Source of the DNA: a virus
Lineage: Duplodnaviria > Caudoviricetes
IMG/VR virus record: IMGVR_UViG_3300015360_002570
Coordinates: 1-55,352 of that record
Length of the DNA: 55,352 nucleotides
Reading direction: 5' to 3' (one strand)
The notes beneath the pieces were generated by a model that worked only from the letters and a program-made list of their open reading frames with translations, was not told where the DNA came from and made no database searches. Positions within the stretch are counted from its first letter, which is position 1. Each line of letters starts with the position of its first letter. The position numbers were made by a program, and so were the translations under genes. This document shows, piece after piece, positions 27,421-36,655 of this stretch.

Positions 27421-27966
27421 ATGCCAACCCTTGAGATCGGATACGAACCTGTCGAGGCCGCGGCCCTCGCCCACCTCACTATTGGCGAGAACCACGAGAT
27501 TCTGGGCGACTTCGTGTGGCTGACGTGGCTCCGCAACACCATCAAGAACCCCCGCCTTGTCGTGGTCCACCACCGGCTCTTCGCCCGCTTCATTCTGGGA
27601 GTCTGGATTTACAGCCCCTCCGAACGGGAGCCCCCCATCCTCTGCGAACTGGAGAGCTTCGCGGGCAACCCGGCCTCCATCTGGCCCGCCGGTCTCTCCG
27701 AACCCGCCGACCTCCTCAACCGTCTCCGTCCCTACGACGAGGTGGCCACCGAACGCGAATCCCTCAAACGGGAAGCCGTCTACGCCAAGCGCAGCCAGAT
27801 CGAAGATAACTGGGCGGGCCGACAGGACGCCGCCACCATCCTGAAGCGCAAGGGTCTGGAGCAAGAAGCCCACAACATGCGGATCGGGGCCAGCCCCTAC
27901 CATCGCAGCAGCGAGAGCACAAAGCAGATCGCACGCGACCTCATCAAGGCGGCACGGAGACAGTAA
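27421..27966 (+). CDS. Hypothetical protein
   Basis: GGAG SD; TAATG coupling to the next gene. Confidence 0.75.
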   Translation: MPTLEIGYEPVEAAALAHLTIGENHEILGDFVWLTWLRNTIKNPRLVVVHHRLFARFILGVWIYSPSEREPPILCELESFAGNPASIWPAGLSEPADLLNRLRPYDEVATERESLKREAVYAKRSQIEDNWAGRQDAATILKRKGLEQEAHNMRIGASPYHRSSESTKQIARDLIKAARRQ

Positions 27967-29162
27967 TGGCGGCAACCGAATCAGCAATCGTTACAATCCT
28001 TGAGCGTCTCCGCACCTACCTCGACAGCAGCGACGTGGACGCCAAATACAGCAACACCTACATCCTGCGCAACGTGGTGCAGCCCACCCTCGTAGACATT
28101 CTCTCCCGTCTCAACAACGGGACCGCGGCTCCCATCTTCAACACGATCACGATCCCCCTCCGAGAGGGCCAGACCCTCTATAAACTGCCCCCCTGTGTCC
28201 AGGAGGTGTGGCAGGTGGTGGGCGTAGACAATGAGGGTCGCACCCTTTCTTCTTTCCTGCCCCGCAACCTTGGCTCTATGGAGGCCCTCTCCTGGAGCCT
28301 TGAGGGGTCCGGCGGCAACCTCGAACTCTACGTGCCCGTCACCGCGTGGGGACCCCGTTGCGCCGGGTCCCTCCAGGTCTGGTACGTCTCCAACGGCTCT
28401 TCCATGCTTCACTGGTGCGACGGCGCCACGGTGGGCGCCAACCTCGACAACTTCAGTTTCACGAGCGGCACCTGGAACAACACCACTCGTGCCCTCTCCA
28501 TCTCGGTTCCCACCAACTACGTGTGGGAACCCGGCGACCGCGTCACCATCACGGCGGGAAGTGGCGACATCATCCTGGGCGAATACGAAATCGAGGGGGC
28601 CACCTCCTTCATTCTTACGCTGGCCACCTCCCTCAAATCCGGTCTCACGAATCCCACCGGCATCGCGGGCCGCATCTGGCTCCGAAAGGCCGGTCTTTCC
28701 ACCGGCACGCCCACCATCGGAACCCGCGACCGCCGCCCTTCCTCCTACGTCGGTCAGACCCTCCGCATCATCCCCGAAAGCGACAGCGCGGTTATCTCCG
28801 AAGTCCTCATCGCCTCCCACTACCTTTCCGGCTCCCAGTGGTTCGTAACCACCCGCTCCCCCTTTGATCCCGGCCCCGCCCTTCCTCCCGGAGAAGCCCC
28901 CCGCGTCCCCTACGAGATCGTCTGCTCGGGCATGGAAGCCCTCATGGAAGCCGTGTCCGCAGGGTCCGCTATGCGCCTGGGGGCCGCCACCAAAATCACG
29001 AAGGGGAATCAGGACGCCATCCGCCTCCAATACCTCAGCGCCCTCAAAAGCGTCCTCGACAACCTCAACACCCTCCAGACCGCCGGGCTCAAGACATTTG
29101 GCGGCAACACAACGCCATACCAATCCAGCATGGGTCCCTCCTCCCAAGGAGAAATCCGGTGA
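27966..29162 (+). CDS. Head-tail adaptor (tail tubular protein A-like) with beta insertion
   Basis: Helical N-terminus, GQTLYKLP motif, helical C-terminus; position after the capsid gene. Confidence 0.55.
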   Translation: MAATESAIVTILERLRTYLDSSDVDAKYSNTYILRNVVQPTLVDILSRLNNGTAAPIFNTITIPLREGQTLYKLPPCVQEVWQVVGVDNEGRTLSSFLPRNLGSMEALSWSLEGSGGNLELYVPVTAWGPRCAGSLQVWYVSNGSSMLHWCDGATVGANLDNFSFTSGTWNNTTRALSISVPTNYVWEPGDRVTITAGSGDIILGEYEIEGATSFILTLATSLKSGLTNPTGIAGRIWLRKAGLSTGTPTIGTRDRRPSSYVGQTLRIIPESDSAVISEVLIASHYLSGSQWFVTTRSPFDPGPALPPGEAPRVPYEIVCSGMEALMEAVSAGSAMRLGAATKITKGNQDAIRLQYLSALKSVLDNLNTLQTAGLKTFGGNTTPYQSSMGPSSQGEIR

Positions 29163-29389
29163 ACAACGTCGATACCATCGAACAAAGCCGTCTCCTCAAA
29201 GCCCAGTGGGTCTCCTCCTTCTCCCCGCGCCTCGGCCCCTCCACCTTCGCCACCTACCAAAGGAACTTCAACCAGGTGCGTATGCGGGGCGGCCCCTACT
29301 TCGACGTGCCCCTCGAACAACACCGCCGCCCCTCCGTGATCGACAAGGTGCCTGGTCCCTCCCGCGCCCTCAGCAACAGAACCAGATGA
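29159..29389 (+). CDS. Hypothetical protein
   Basis: AAGGAG SD; GTGA and ATGA overlaps at both ends. Confidence 0.65.
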   Translation: MNNVDTIEQSRLLKAQWVSSFSPRLGPSTFATYQRNFNQVRMRGGPYFDVPLEQHRRPSVIDKVPGPSRALSNRTR

Positions 29390-30150
29390 GCATCAACGAT
29401 CCCTCCAAATACACCCGAACCCAGTTCACACGACGGTTCCAGCCCACCAAAGTTTTCGACCCCCGTCTCGAAAAAGGCTTCGGCCAAATCCCCATCCGCG
29501 TTCCCCCTGCCTTCGGTCTTCCCCTCTCCGACAACGGCGCCGACCGCCGCTTTGACCTCTACGCCCTCCTGCCCGACCATGAAGACGGCGGCGACGGCGG
29601 CGGCGGCAGCGGCGGCGACACCGACACCGACACCGGCCCTACATCCAGCGACACCACATCCGGCGGCGGCACATCCGCCGCCTCCTCCGTCGCCAGCTCC
29701 GACAGCGACACTACCGAAACCCCCACCTCCGCCACCGGCACAGCCATGACCACCACCACCGAAGACGGCAGCGACACCACCGGCGGTACCGACACCTTTT
29801 CCTGCGAAATACCGACACTGTGCGACAACCCCATCTTCTGCACACCGTCTGGGTGCAGCGACGCCTGCCTCTCGGTATTGGTTGCCTACACAAATGGCGT
29901 TGCTGCTTTTGACCTCGCCGTACTTTGCGCGTGTGCCAAGGACACGAGGTGTTATGACGACGGCAATTCTCTGGACTTGTGCCCCGTCTGTACCGACTGC
30001 ACAAACCCACCTCCCGACTTCCCCGGCTCTGTCTGCTGTCAGAACAATAGCGAGCCCCTACACTGCTGCCCCATTGTTAGCTATTGTTGTTACGACAACG
30101 GCGATGTCCGCACCGGCACTTCTTATTGTTGCTCTTGCGCAACGGCCTGA
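29386..30150 (+). CDS. Virion-module protein with Thr/Ser/Asp/Gly linker and 20-Cys C-terminal domain
   Basis: ATG at 29386 overlapping the previous stop; 20 Cys counted in the last ~117 aa. Confidence 0.75.
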   Translation: MSINDPSKYTRTQFTRRFQPTKVFDPRLEKGFGQIPIRVPPAFGLPLSDNGADRRFDLYALLPDHEDGGDGGGGSGGDTDTDTGPTSSDTTSGGGTSAASSVASSDSDTTETPTSATGTAMTTTTEDGSDTTGGTDTFSCEIPTLCDNPIFCTPSGCSDACLSVLVAYTNGVAAFDLAVLCACAKDTRCYDDGNSLDLCPVCTDCTNPPPDFPGSVCCQNNSEPLHCCPIVSYCCYDNGDVRTGTSYCCSCATA

Positions 30151-30156
30151 CCCCTC

Positions 30157-30831
30157 ATGGAACGAAAACCCCCCTCTCCCGAGACCGTAGCTTATCTTGA
30201 CCGCGAGAAGGAAATCGAGGCCAAGTGTCACCTGCGCCACAAGATGCAGTGCTCGGACCTCGACATCAACGTGGGCTGGTCCTGCGGCGTCACCCAGAAA
30301 ACCTGCCACGAGTGCCTCAGCCGCGGCGGCCCCGACAGCCCCGAGTCCATCGCCTTCCGCGACCAGATGGCCGCCTCCGTCATCGAAAAGATGTCCGATC
30401 CCGACCGTCTCTTCAAGGCGTCCGCCCACATCATCGAAGTGATGCTGACGGTCCACCTGACCCCCGTGGCCGCCCAAGCAATCCGCAACGACCCCGAGTA
30501 TCCCCTCGCCCTCACCAAGAAAGAAAGGTGGGACAAATCCAAGCCGTCCTGGGAGATGGCCGAGTCCTTCGTGCGGAGCATGGTCAGCCGGGGCCTCACC
30601 AACAAGTCCGTTTCTCTGCCCATCCTCCAGCAGCGCGTAGCCTCCTGCGCCGCCTGCCCCTCCCGCACCCCTAGTAAGGATGGGGTGCATCACTTTTGCG
30701 ACGACTGCGGGTGCGGCGACCGCAAGCTCGCTCTCCTCGACACCAAACCCTACAACAAACTGATGTATCCTTACCTGGAGTGCCCCCGTGCGAAAGAAGG
30801 CTTCAGCAACCACGTCCCCGCCCCCCAATAA
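30157..30831 (+). CDS. Cys-cluster (metal-binding) hypothetical protein
   Basis: N-terminal Cys cluster ending CHEC and C-terminal CAAC..CDDCGC..ECP. Confidence 0.75.
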   Translation: MERKPPSPETVAYLDREKEIEAKCHLRHKMQCSDLDINVGWSCGVTQKTCHECLSRGGPDSPESIAFRDQMAASVIEKMSDPDRLFKASAHIIEVMLTVHLTPVAAQAIRNDPEYPLALTKKERWDKSKPSWEMAESFVRSMVSRGLTNKSVSLPILQQRVASCAACPSRTPSKDGVHHFCDDCGCGDRKLALLDTKPYNKLMYPYLECPRAKEGFSNHVPAPQ

Positions 30832-30844
30832 GTGGGACTCCAAG

Positions 30845-32365
30845 ATGCTGGAGGCCGCCCTGAGTGGTCGCCGCATCCCCCCTCTCCCGTCGGTGCTGCG
30901 GACATCGAACCTGTCCCCCGCGGACCTTCGCGGCATGTACCGGGGGGCCGCCGCCTTCCTTGTGTGCGGCGGCCCTTCCCTGAACCAGCTCGATCTCTCG
31001 AAGATGGGGGCGCGTGGCCTTCTCTCGATGGGCGTCAACAACAGCTGGTCGATCCACCGCCCGACCCTGTGGACCTGCGCCGACAACCCCCGCAAGTTCC
31101 TCCACGCCCGCTGGATGGACCCCTCCATCACAAAGTTCGTGCCCGTCGGCTACTGGCGCACCCGCCTCCGCGACCGAACGGGAGAGGGGGCCTTCTTCGA
31201 GTCTTCTCGCCGCGTCTTCGAGGCCCCCGCCACCTTCTTCTTCACGAGAGGTTGCCGCTTCAACCACACCACCTTCCTCGACGAACCCCTCATCAACTGG
31301 GGCCAGGGCGACAAAGATATAGACTCGGTGGGGGTCCGCGGCAAACGCTCCGTGATGCTCATCGCCGTCCATCTCCTGCACCTTCTGGGCGTCCGCACCA
31401 TCTACCTCCTGGGCTGTGACTTCAAGATGGGAGAGGGGGCGCACTACGCCTTCGAGGAAGACCGCACGCTCTCCAGCATCCGGGGCAACAACACCCTCTA
31501 CGACGCCTTGGGCGCCCGCTTCAAGGCGCTGCGCCCCCACTTCGAGGAGCGGGGTCTCACCGTTCTCAACTGCTCGCCGGGCAGCGCCCTCGAAGCCTTC
31601 GACCACATCCCCTTCGATCAGGCGGTAGCCGCCGCTTCCATGCCCGTCTCCGGCCCCACAAAGGGCTGGTATTCGGCCACCGTGGTGGCATCTCCCCCCC
31701 TCCCCCTGTCTGGGGCACGCGACCGCGAACGCCAGAAGTACGAGAAACTGGCCACTCAAAGGCCCGAATATGGAGGATGGTTGTTGGGTGCCCTTGTTCT
31801 TGACCACATCGTGACTTTGTGGAAGGCCAAAATGGTGGTTGACTTTGGCTGCTCTCGAAACCGTTTTATCAAAACACTTCGAGAAAGAGGGGTCGTCGGG
31901 ATGGGAGTGGACTTCGCGTTCCCCGAGGCCGACATCAAGGCCCCCATGCACGCCACCGGACTGGAGGGGGGGTGCGCCGACGTTGTGACTTCCTTCGACG
32001 CACTGGAGCATCTGCTGCCCGAAGAGGTGGACGAGGTTCTGGCCGAGATGCACCGGGTCGCCGCGAAAGGGGCTCGGTTCGCCTTCTCGATTTCGTACGA
32101 AAAAAGCCACCCCAGGTGGGGAGAAGAACTGCATATGACGGTGAGGCCGGAGCAGTGGTGGCTCGACAGGATCGGGAGGTGGGGAACCGTAACGGAAAAG
32201 GTGGGGAAGTGTCTCGTCGGGACTTTTGTGGAGACCCCTACAGTGGGGCCATGCCAGCATATATACAGCCCATCGAAACCAACTGGATCATCCCGACCGT
32301 CGAAACCACCTCGGACAAACATACATCTCGCCTCGGCATCAAGAACCCCGCCTCCCACGAACTGA
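30845..32365 (+). CDS. DUF115/MptE-like (Maf-type) domain fused to class I SAM-dependent methyltransferase
   Basis: FLVCGGPSL, MGVNN, PTLWTCAD, IYLLGCDF; then VVDFGCS, GVDFA, DVVTSFDALEHL, LAEMHRV. Confidence 0.8.
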   Translation: MLEAALSGRRIPPLPSVLRTSNLSPADLRGMYRGAAAFLVCGGPSLNQLDLSKMGARGLLSMGVNNSWSIHRPTLWTCADNPRKFLHARWMDPSITKFVPVGYWRTRLRDRTGEGAFFESSRRVFEAPATFFFTRGCRFNHTTFLDEPLINWGQGDKDIDSVGVRGKRSVMLIAVHLLHLLGVRTIYLLGCDFKMGEGAHYAFEEDRTLSSIRGNNTLYDALGARFKALRPHFEERGLTVLNCSPGSALEAFDHIPFDQAVAAASMPVSGPTKGWYSATVVASPPLPLSGARDRERQKYEKLATQRPEYGGWLLGALVLDHIVTLWKAKMVVDFGCSRNRFIKTLRERGVVGMGVDFAFPEADIKAPMHATGLEGGCADVVTSFDALEHLLPEEVDEVLAEMHRVAAKGARFAFSISYEKSHPRWGEELHMTVRPEQWWLDRIGRWGTVTEKVGKCLVGTFVETPTVGPCQHIYSPSKPTGSSRPSKPPRTNIHLASASRTPPPTN

Positions 32366-34974
32366 TGGGCGTCGATGGCCTGGTGGAGGGCGGGCTGAGG
32401 CCGCACCCCGGCTTCATGTGCATCTATCGGTTTGATCTGGAGTCGTGGGGGGCCCACCACAACCAGACCAGTCGGATCATCGACTGCTTTCCCATCGTCT
32501 TCGTGATTGGGGAAGACGGTTACGGCTACGGCTTCGTGTACCGGGTGCGCCGGAAGGCCGTGGTCGATTTCCCGTTCCACGCCGACAACGCCGACATCTT
32601 CGTGGACTACTTTAATACGCAGACGGGCGCGTGGGTGAAGGGCGAGGTGATTTTGGAGGATGTCCCCCTCTCCCGTCGTGAGGTGGCGACCAACGCCGGG
32701 AAGCAGATGAGCGTGAGCGTCTTCGGGCGCTTCGTGTACATCTACCTGGAGGATAACGATGTCGCGGCCTTCTACACACTCTACGAGGACCCGTGGACCT
32801 ACACGCTGTTGACGAGTCCGGGGCCGGGCGCCAAGCCCGTGCTGAAGTCGCCCAAGGACTACACGCTGGTAACGCTGGGTGCGGTTGTGACGAGGGACGG
32901 AAAAGCCGGATACGGAAGGCTTGTCCTGATCGACATGCTGCCGTGGGAAACAGGTTTGTTCACGGGCCAGTTCGATCTGGACGGCACGCACCACACGGTA
33001 GGCAGCGCCGACGATTTTCCCTACCCCGACGACACCAGCCAGCAGACCAGGATCGCGCCCGGCGACTATGCGTTTTCCTACGTGCTGTTCAACAGCGAGA
33101 ACGGACGGCGCAGTGCCCTCAGCGACGTAGCGCCCCTACGTGCCCAGGACTTCGACGATCCGGCGACCCCGGTGACCCGCGAGAGCACCCCGCTGTTCGC
33201 AGCCATCGAGATCGCTTATGACGAGGCCCGGTACGATCAGGCGTACATCTATCGGAGCGTACGGGTGCAGAGTGCGGGCGGCACTTATATTGCTAGCATC
33301 CTCCAGTTGGACCGCATCATCACGCTGGCCGACTACAAGACCGTCAACAACCCGTTGGCTCCCGGTGAGGGCACCCATATTATCTATTGGTATAAGCTTG
33401 AAGATAAACAGTTGGTGTTCCAGGATGTGTTTTTGGACCGCAACGTCTTCGATGAAGAGCTGCCCAAGGGCGGATGCAGCCTCATCTACAACAACGTGAT
33501 GTTGGTGAGCAACATCAGCAACGCCAACACCAGCAGTTCGAGCGAGAACAGTCCGGGCGACGCCCTAAGAGGTCTGGGCGAGCTGAGGTGGAGCAGCCTG
33601 ACGGACGTGAGCCCCGAGCTGTTCCCTCCCCAGAACAGGTACGTGCCCAGCCTTCTCAACAACACCATCATTGCGATGGCCGAAGTCGGCCCCAACGCCA
33701 TCGGGTTCAGCCGGGACCGCCAGTACCATATCCGCATCGAGGCCAACTACATCAAGGTGCAGATGATGCACGAGGGTTACGGCATCGTGAACGAGAGGGC
33801 GATGGACACCGTGGGCTCCATGCTCTACTTCGTGAGCAGCAAGGGCATCAAGAGCGTGGACAGCATGGGCAGCCTGGACGACGTTCGCAACTTCAACACG
33901 ACCGTGATGGGCCGCTGGAAAGACACCCTGGGCAGCGTAAGCTGCGCCTACGACGGGCTGACCAGCAGCTGGACCGCCATGAACGGGGACCTGGGCGAGG
34001 CCGTCATCTTCTGGTTCACGACCGCGAAGATGACCGAGCTGTCGGACCTGCCCTTCACCCTCGTGCGCAGGGGGGCGTGGCCCGAGGGCGTCAACATAGA
34101 GACGCTTCCTGCATCGGAGAACTTCTTCAACCCCCTGGTGGAGCGGGCCATCTACGTGATGAACGCCCAGCGCGAGAACAACAACCGTGAGCCCATCACC
34201 GGCACCTACTTCGGCCTCTACGTCACCGACTCCAAACGGGAGAGGGGGGAATACGGTCTTGTGCAGGGGGGCGGCTGGATCGCAACAGTCGCCGCAGACT
34301 CCCTCTATTATTCTAACCTGACCGTTGACGCCACGGGGGTTGGGGGTGACGGCCTCGAACTTTATATCTTGAGGGCCGCGGACCCAACGATTGTGGGAAA
34401 GCACGTTACGATTGCCAAGATTCCGAACGCGGTTACGATCCAGCTCATCTATGATGACCTGCTACTCCCCGACAACGGGTTCGACCGGCTGGTGACGGGC
34501 GACATTGTGGGCGTGAGCCCTGTTATCTTCAGGTGGGTGGGCGCTCCGGTCGGAAGTGTGGAAGAGAGCCAGCAAATCTTTGGAGGGGGGACCACCGCCG
34601 AGAACTTCTTCAGGGTGAAGCAGATCAACAGCGTGACGGCCCACTTCACCGATGTCGGAGGCTTCGTCCCCGACGACTACCCGACCCTGTGCCGGTTCTC
34701 CGGGCTGGTGTACAGGGGGGACGCGACCGAACCCCATGCACGGGCCGAAACTCTCGATACGAACGGGGCGCCCGTCAAAAGTATTCTGGAGGACGAGGCC
34801 AAGTGGGCCGCCGCCTTCGGATCGGGAGAGGGGGCCGCGAAGTGGGGCGTTACGGGCGCGACCCTGGCGCCCGGCATCGAGATCGTGTGTCCGGGCCTGG
34901 ACTTCAAGATGTGCGGCGTCCTGGTCAGCGGGAAGTTGCTGTCCACCTTTTCACAGCAGAGGCGACCGCTATAG
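32251..34974 (+). CDS. Tail nozzle / tubular protein B-like virion protein
   Basis: ~907 aa beta-rich; LRWS..PELFP, GYGIVN, LYFVSSKGI segments; position in the virion block. Confidence 0.6.
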   Translation: MPAYIQPIETNWIIPTVETTSDKHTSRLGIKNPASHELMGVDGLVEGGLRPHPGFMCIYRFDLESWGAHHNQTSRIIDCFPIVFVIGEDGYGYGFVYRVRRKAVVDFPFHADNADIFVDYFNTQTGAWVKGEVILEDVPLSRREVATNAGKQMSVSVFGRFVYIYLEDNDVAAFYTLYEDPWTYTLLTSPGPGAKPVLKSPKDYTLVTLGAVVTRDGKAGYGRLVLIDMLPWETGLFTGQFDLDGTHHTVGSADDFPYPDDTSQQTRIAPGDYAFSYVLFNSENGRRSALSDVAPLRAQDFDDPATPVTRESTPLFAAIEIAYDEARYDQAYIYRSVRVQSAGGTYIASILQLDRIITLADYKTVNNPLAPGEGTHIIYWYKLEDKQLVFQDVFLDRNVFDEELPKGGCSLIYNNVMLVSNISNANTSSSSENSPGDALRGLGELRWSSLTDVSPELFPPQNRYVPSLLNNTIIAMAEVGPNAIGFSRDRQYHIRIEANYIKVQMMHEGYGIVNERAMDTVGSMLYFVSSKGIKSVDSMGSLDDVRNFNTTVMGRWKDTLGSVSCAYDGLTSSWTAMNGDLGEAVIFWFTTAKMTELSDLPFTLVRRGAWPEGVNIETLPASENFFNPLVERAIYVMNAQRENNNREPITGTYFGLYVTDSKRERGEYGLVQGGGWIATVAADSLYYSNLTVDATGVGGDGLELYILRAADPTIVGKHVTIAKIPNAVTIQLIYDDLLLPDNGFDRLVTGDIVGVSPVIFRWVGAPVGSVEESQQIFGGGTTAENFFRVKQINSVTAHFTDVGGFVPDDYPTLCRFSGLVYRGDATEPHARAETLDTNGAPVKSILEDEAKWAAAFGSGEGAAKWGVTGATLAPGIEIVCPGLDFKMCGVLVSGKLLSTFSQQRRPL

Positions 34975-34980
34975 TTGGGG

Positions 34981-35382
34981 ATGGTAACGTCCAGCGGTTT
35001 CAAGCCCAAGACCCCCTCTCCCGACCGGGGAGAGCTGGACGACTTTTTGGGTCTGGGCTCCCTTGACGGTATGAACCCGAGGGACAGGGCCGAGTATTAC
35101 TGGGACCCCATGAGCAAGATGTTCAAGAAAAACCCTACTCCTAGAATCAAAGGAGGATCGGGGTGGTTGGCGCCGGGCGCGACTACCACCACCCCTTTTG
35201 CGCCCCCGCCCGATCCGCTGGGAAACCCCAACAGTTCAAGGTGGCAGGGACAGGGCAATATGTTCGATCCGTTGGCGTATTCGGTGCAGGGCCAGATGAC
35301 AGGTCACGCGGCCCTGAACCGCAGCCGTATTAGAAGACCCGCGAGCAGCCGTCTTAGAAGAACCGCGAGAGGAGGATACTAG
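34981..35382 (+). CDS. Hypothetical virion-associated protein
   Basis: In operon; TATAGT 5 nt before the ATG. Confidence 0.6.
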   Translation: MVTSSGFKPKTPSPDRGELDDFLGLGSLDGMNPRDRAEYYWDPMSKMFKKNPTPRIKGGSGWLAPGATTTTPFAPPPDPLGNPNSSRWQGQGNMFDPLAYSVQGQMTGHAALNRSRIRRPASSRLRRTARGGY

Positions 35383-35383
35383 C

Positions 35384-36646
35384 ATGAGTGAGTTCGACGA
35401 CTTCATGGGAGGGGGGGTCAAGGCTCCCTTCAAGAGGAATCAGTGGGGCAACTGGGACCTGAAGGACGCCAACGGGCGCGACCCCTTTGACGACTACAAC
35501 AGGTCGCTCAGCGCCGGTTCTACGTACTCTCTCAATGAGGACGGGAGCGTGGGCGTCCAGAAGCATGATACTGCGGGCGGCGTGTGGGACGGGTGGCGCA
35601 ACAACCTTGCGCAGCGGATGTTCAGCTCGATGCTGGACGCCACGGGCGGTTATAAACCCCAACTGAACAACGACGGCTCTTTCTCGGCGGCGGGAGGCGG
35701 GGCCGGTGGTCCAATGGGCGGGATGCTGGGGGGCGCCCTGCGCCGGGATACCAATGCGATGCAGGGGGCCGCGGATCGTCAGTGGGGCCGCAACAACCAG
35801 CAGATTTGGGGGATGGCGGATTTCCTGGGGCACGGGCCAAGTGACATTATGGGGGTGGCGGGTCAGACCGCGGGGGTGATGGGCCAGCAGGCCAACGCGA
35901 TTGATCGGCACTCCGAGCGCGTGGGCGAGGGCGTCAACAGAGAGACGGATCGGATGGTGCAGGATGCGAGGGGCGGCGTGGGCGGAGTCAACAAGGACGT
36001 TGACGAGGCGTACCGGCTGGGAAACGAGGCCGTCGCCAAGTACGACCAGAGCATCAAAGAGCGGGAGGACATGAGCAACGAGCAGGCGTCTGTGACGGCA
36101 GCCGCGATTGCCCAGAGGGGCAGAGCGTTGCAGCAGCAGATGGGCGGCAAAACGAACCCGGACGGCACCCCCAAGACATCGGCTCAGGTTGCACAGGAGC
36201 AATATGAGGTATCTCAACAGGTTGGGCAGGAGACGCAGACCGCTATTACGCAAATCCACAGCCAGTTCCAGAACACAATGGCGGAGATGCAGCAGGGTCT
36301 GGCGCAGTTGAGGATGGGCAACGCGGGCATGAGGTTGCAGGGAGGCGCCCTGCGGCTAGACGCCACCAAGACTCTGGCGGGCGTGCAGCAGCAGAGCGTT
36401 GAGGACAAGCTGGCCGGTGAGCACAGCAGGCAGCAGTGGTCGCAGATCAGCCAGCGCTACCGGGAAATGGATACTCAGATCAGGAACGCGGGAGTGCTGG
36501 CCGCGACCCAACTGGAGTTCCAGGGCCGCACTGCGCTGGCGGACATGATAAGGCAGAATCCCGAGAGCGTCGTGAGTTGGTTCCAGGGTCTTCTCGCCAT
36601 GTACAGCGCTCAGAGCGCGGCAACCGGAGTGGCACGGGCTGCATAA
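35384..36646 (+). CDS. Gln/Gly/Ala-rich putative ejection (pilot) protein
   Basis: GGAGG SD; Cys-free helical Q-rich composition; follows the nozzle gene. Confidence 0.55.
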   Translation: MSEFDDFMGGGVKAPFKRNQWGNWDLKDANGRDPFDDYNRSLSAGSTYSLNEDGSVGVQKHDTAGGVWDGWRNNLAQRMFSSMLDATGGYKPQLNNDGSFSAAGGGAGGPMGGMLGGALRRDTNAMQGAADRQWGRNNQQIWGMADFLGHGPSDIMGVAGQTAGVMGQQANAIDRHSERVGEGVNRETDRMVQDARGGVGGVNKDVDEAYRLGNEAVAKYDQSIKEREDMSNEQASVTAAAIAQRGRALQQQMGGKTNPDGTPKTSAQVAQEQYEVSQQVGQETQTAITQIHSQFQNTMAEMQQGLAQLRMGNAGMRLQGGALRLDATKTLAGVQQQSVEDKLAGEHSRQQWSQISQRYREMDTQIRNAGVLAATQLEFQGRTALADMIRQNPESVVSWFQGLLAMYSAQSAATGVARAA

Positions 36647-36655
36647 ACTGGTGGT

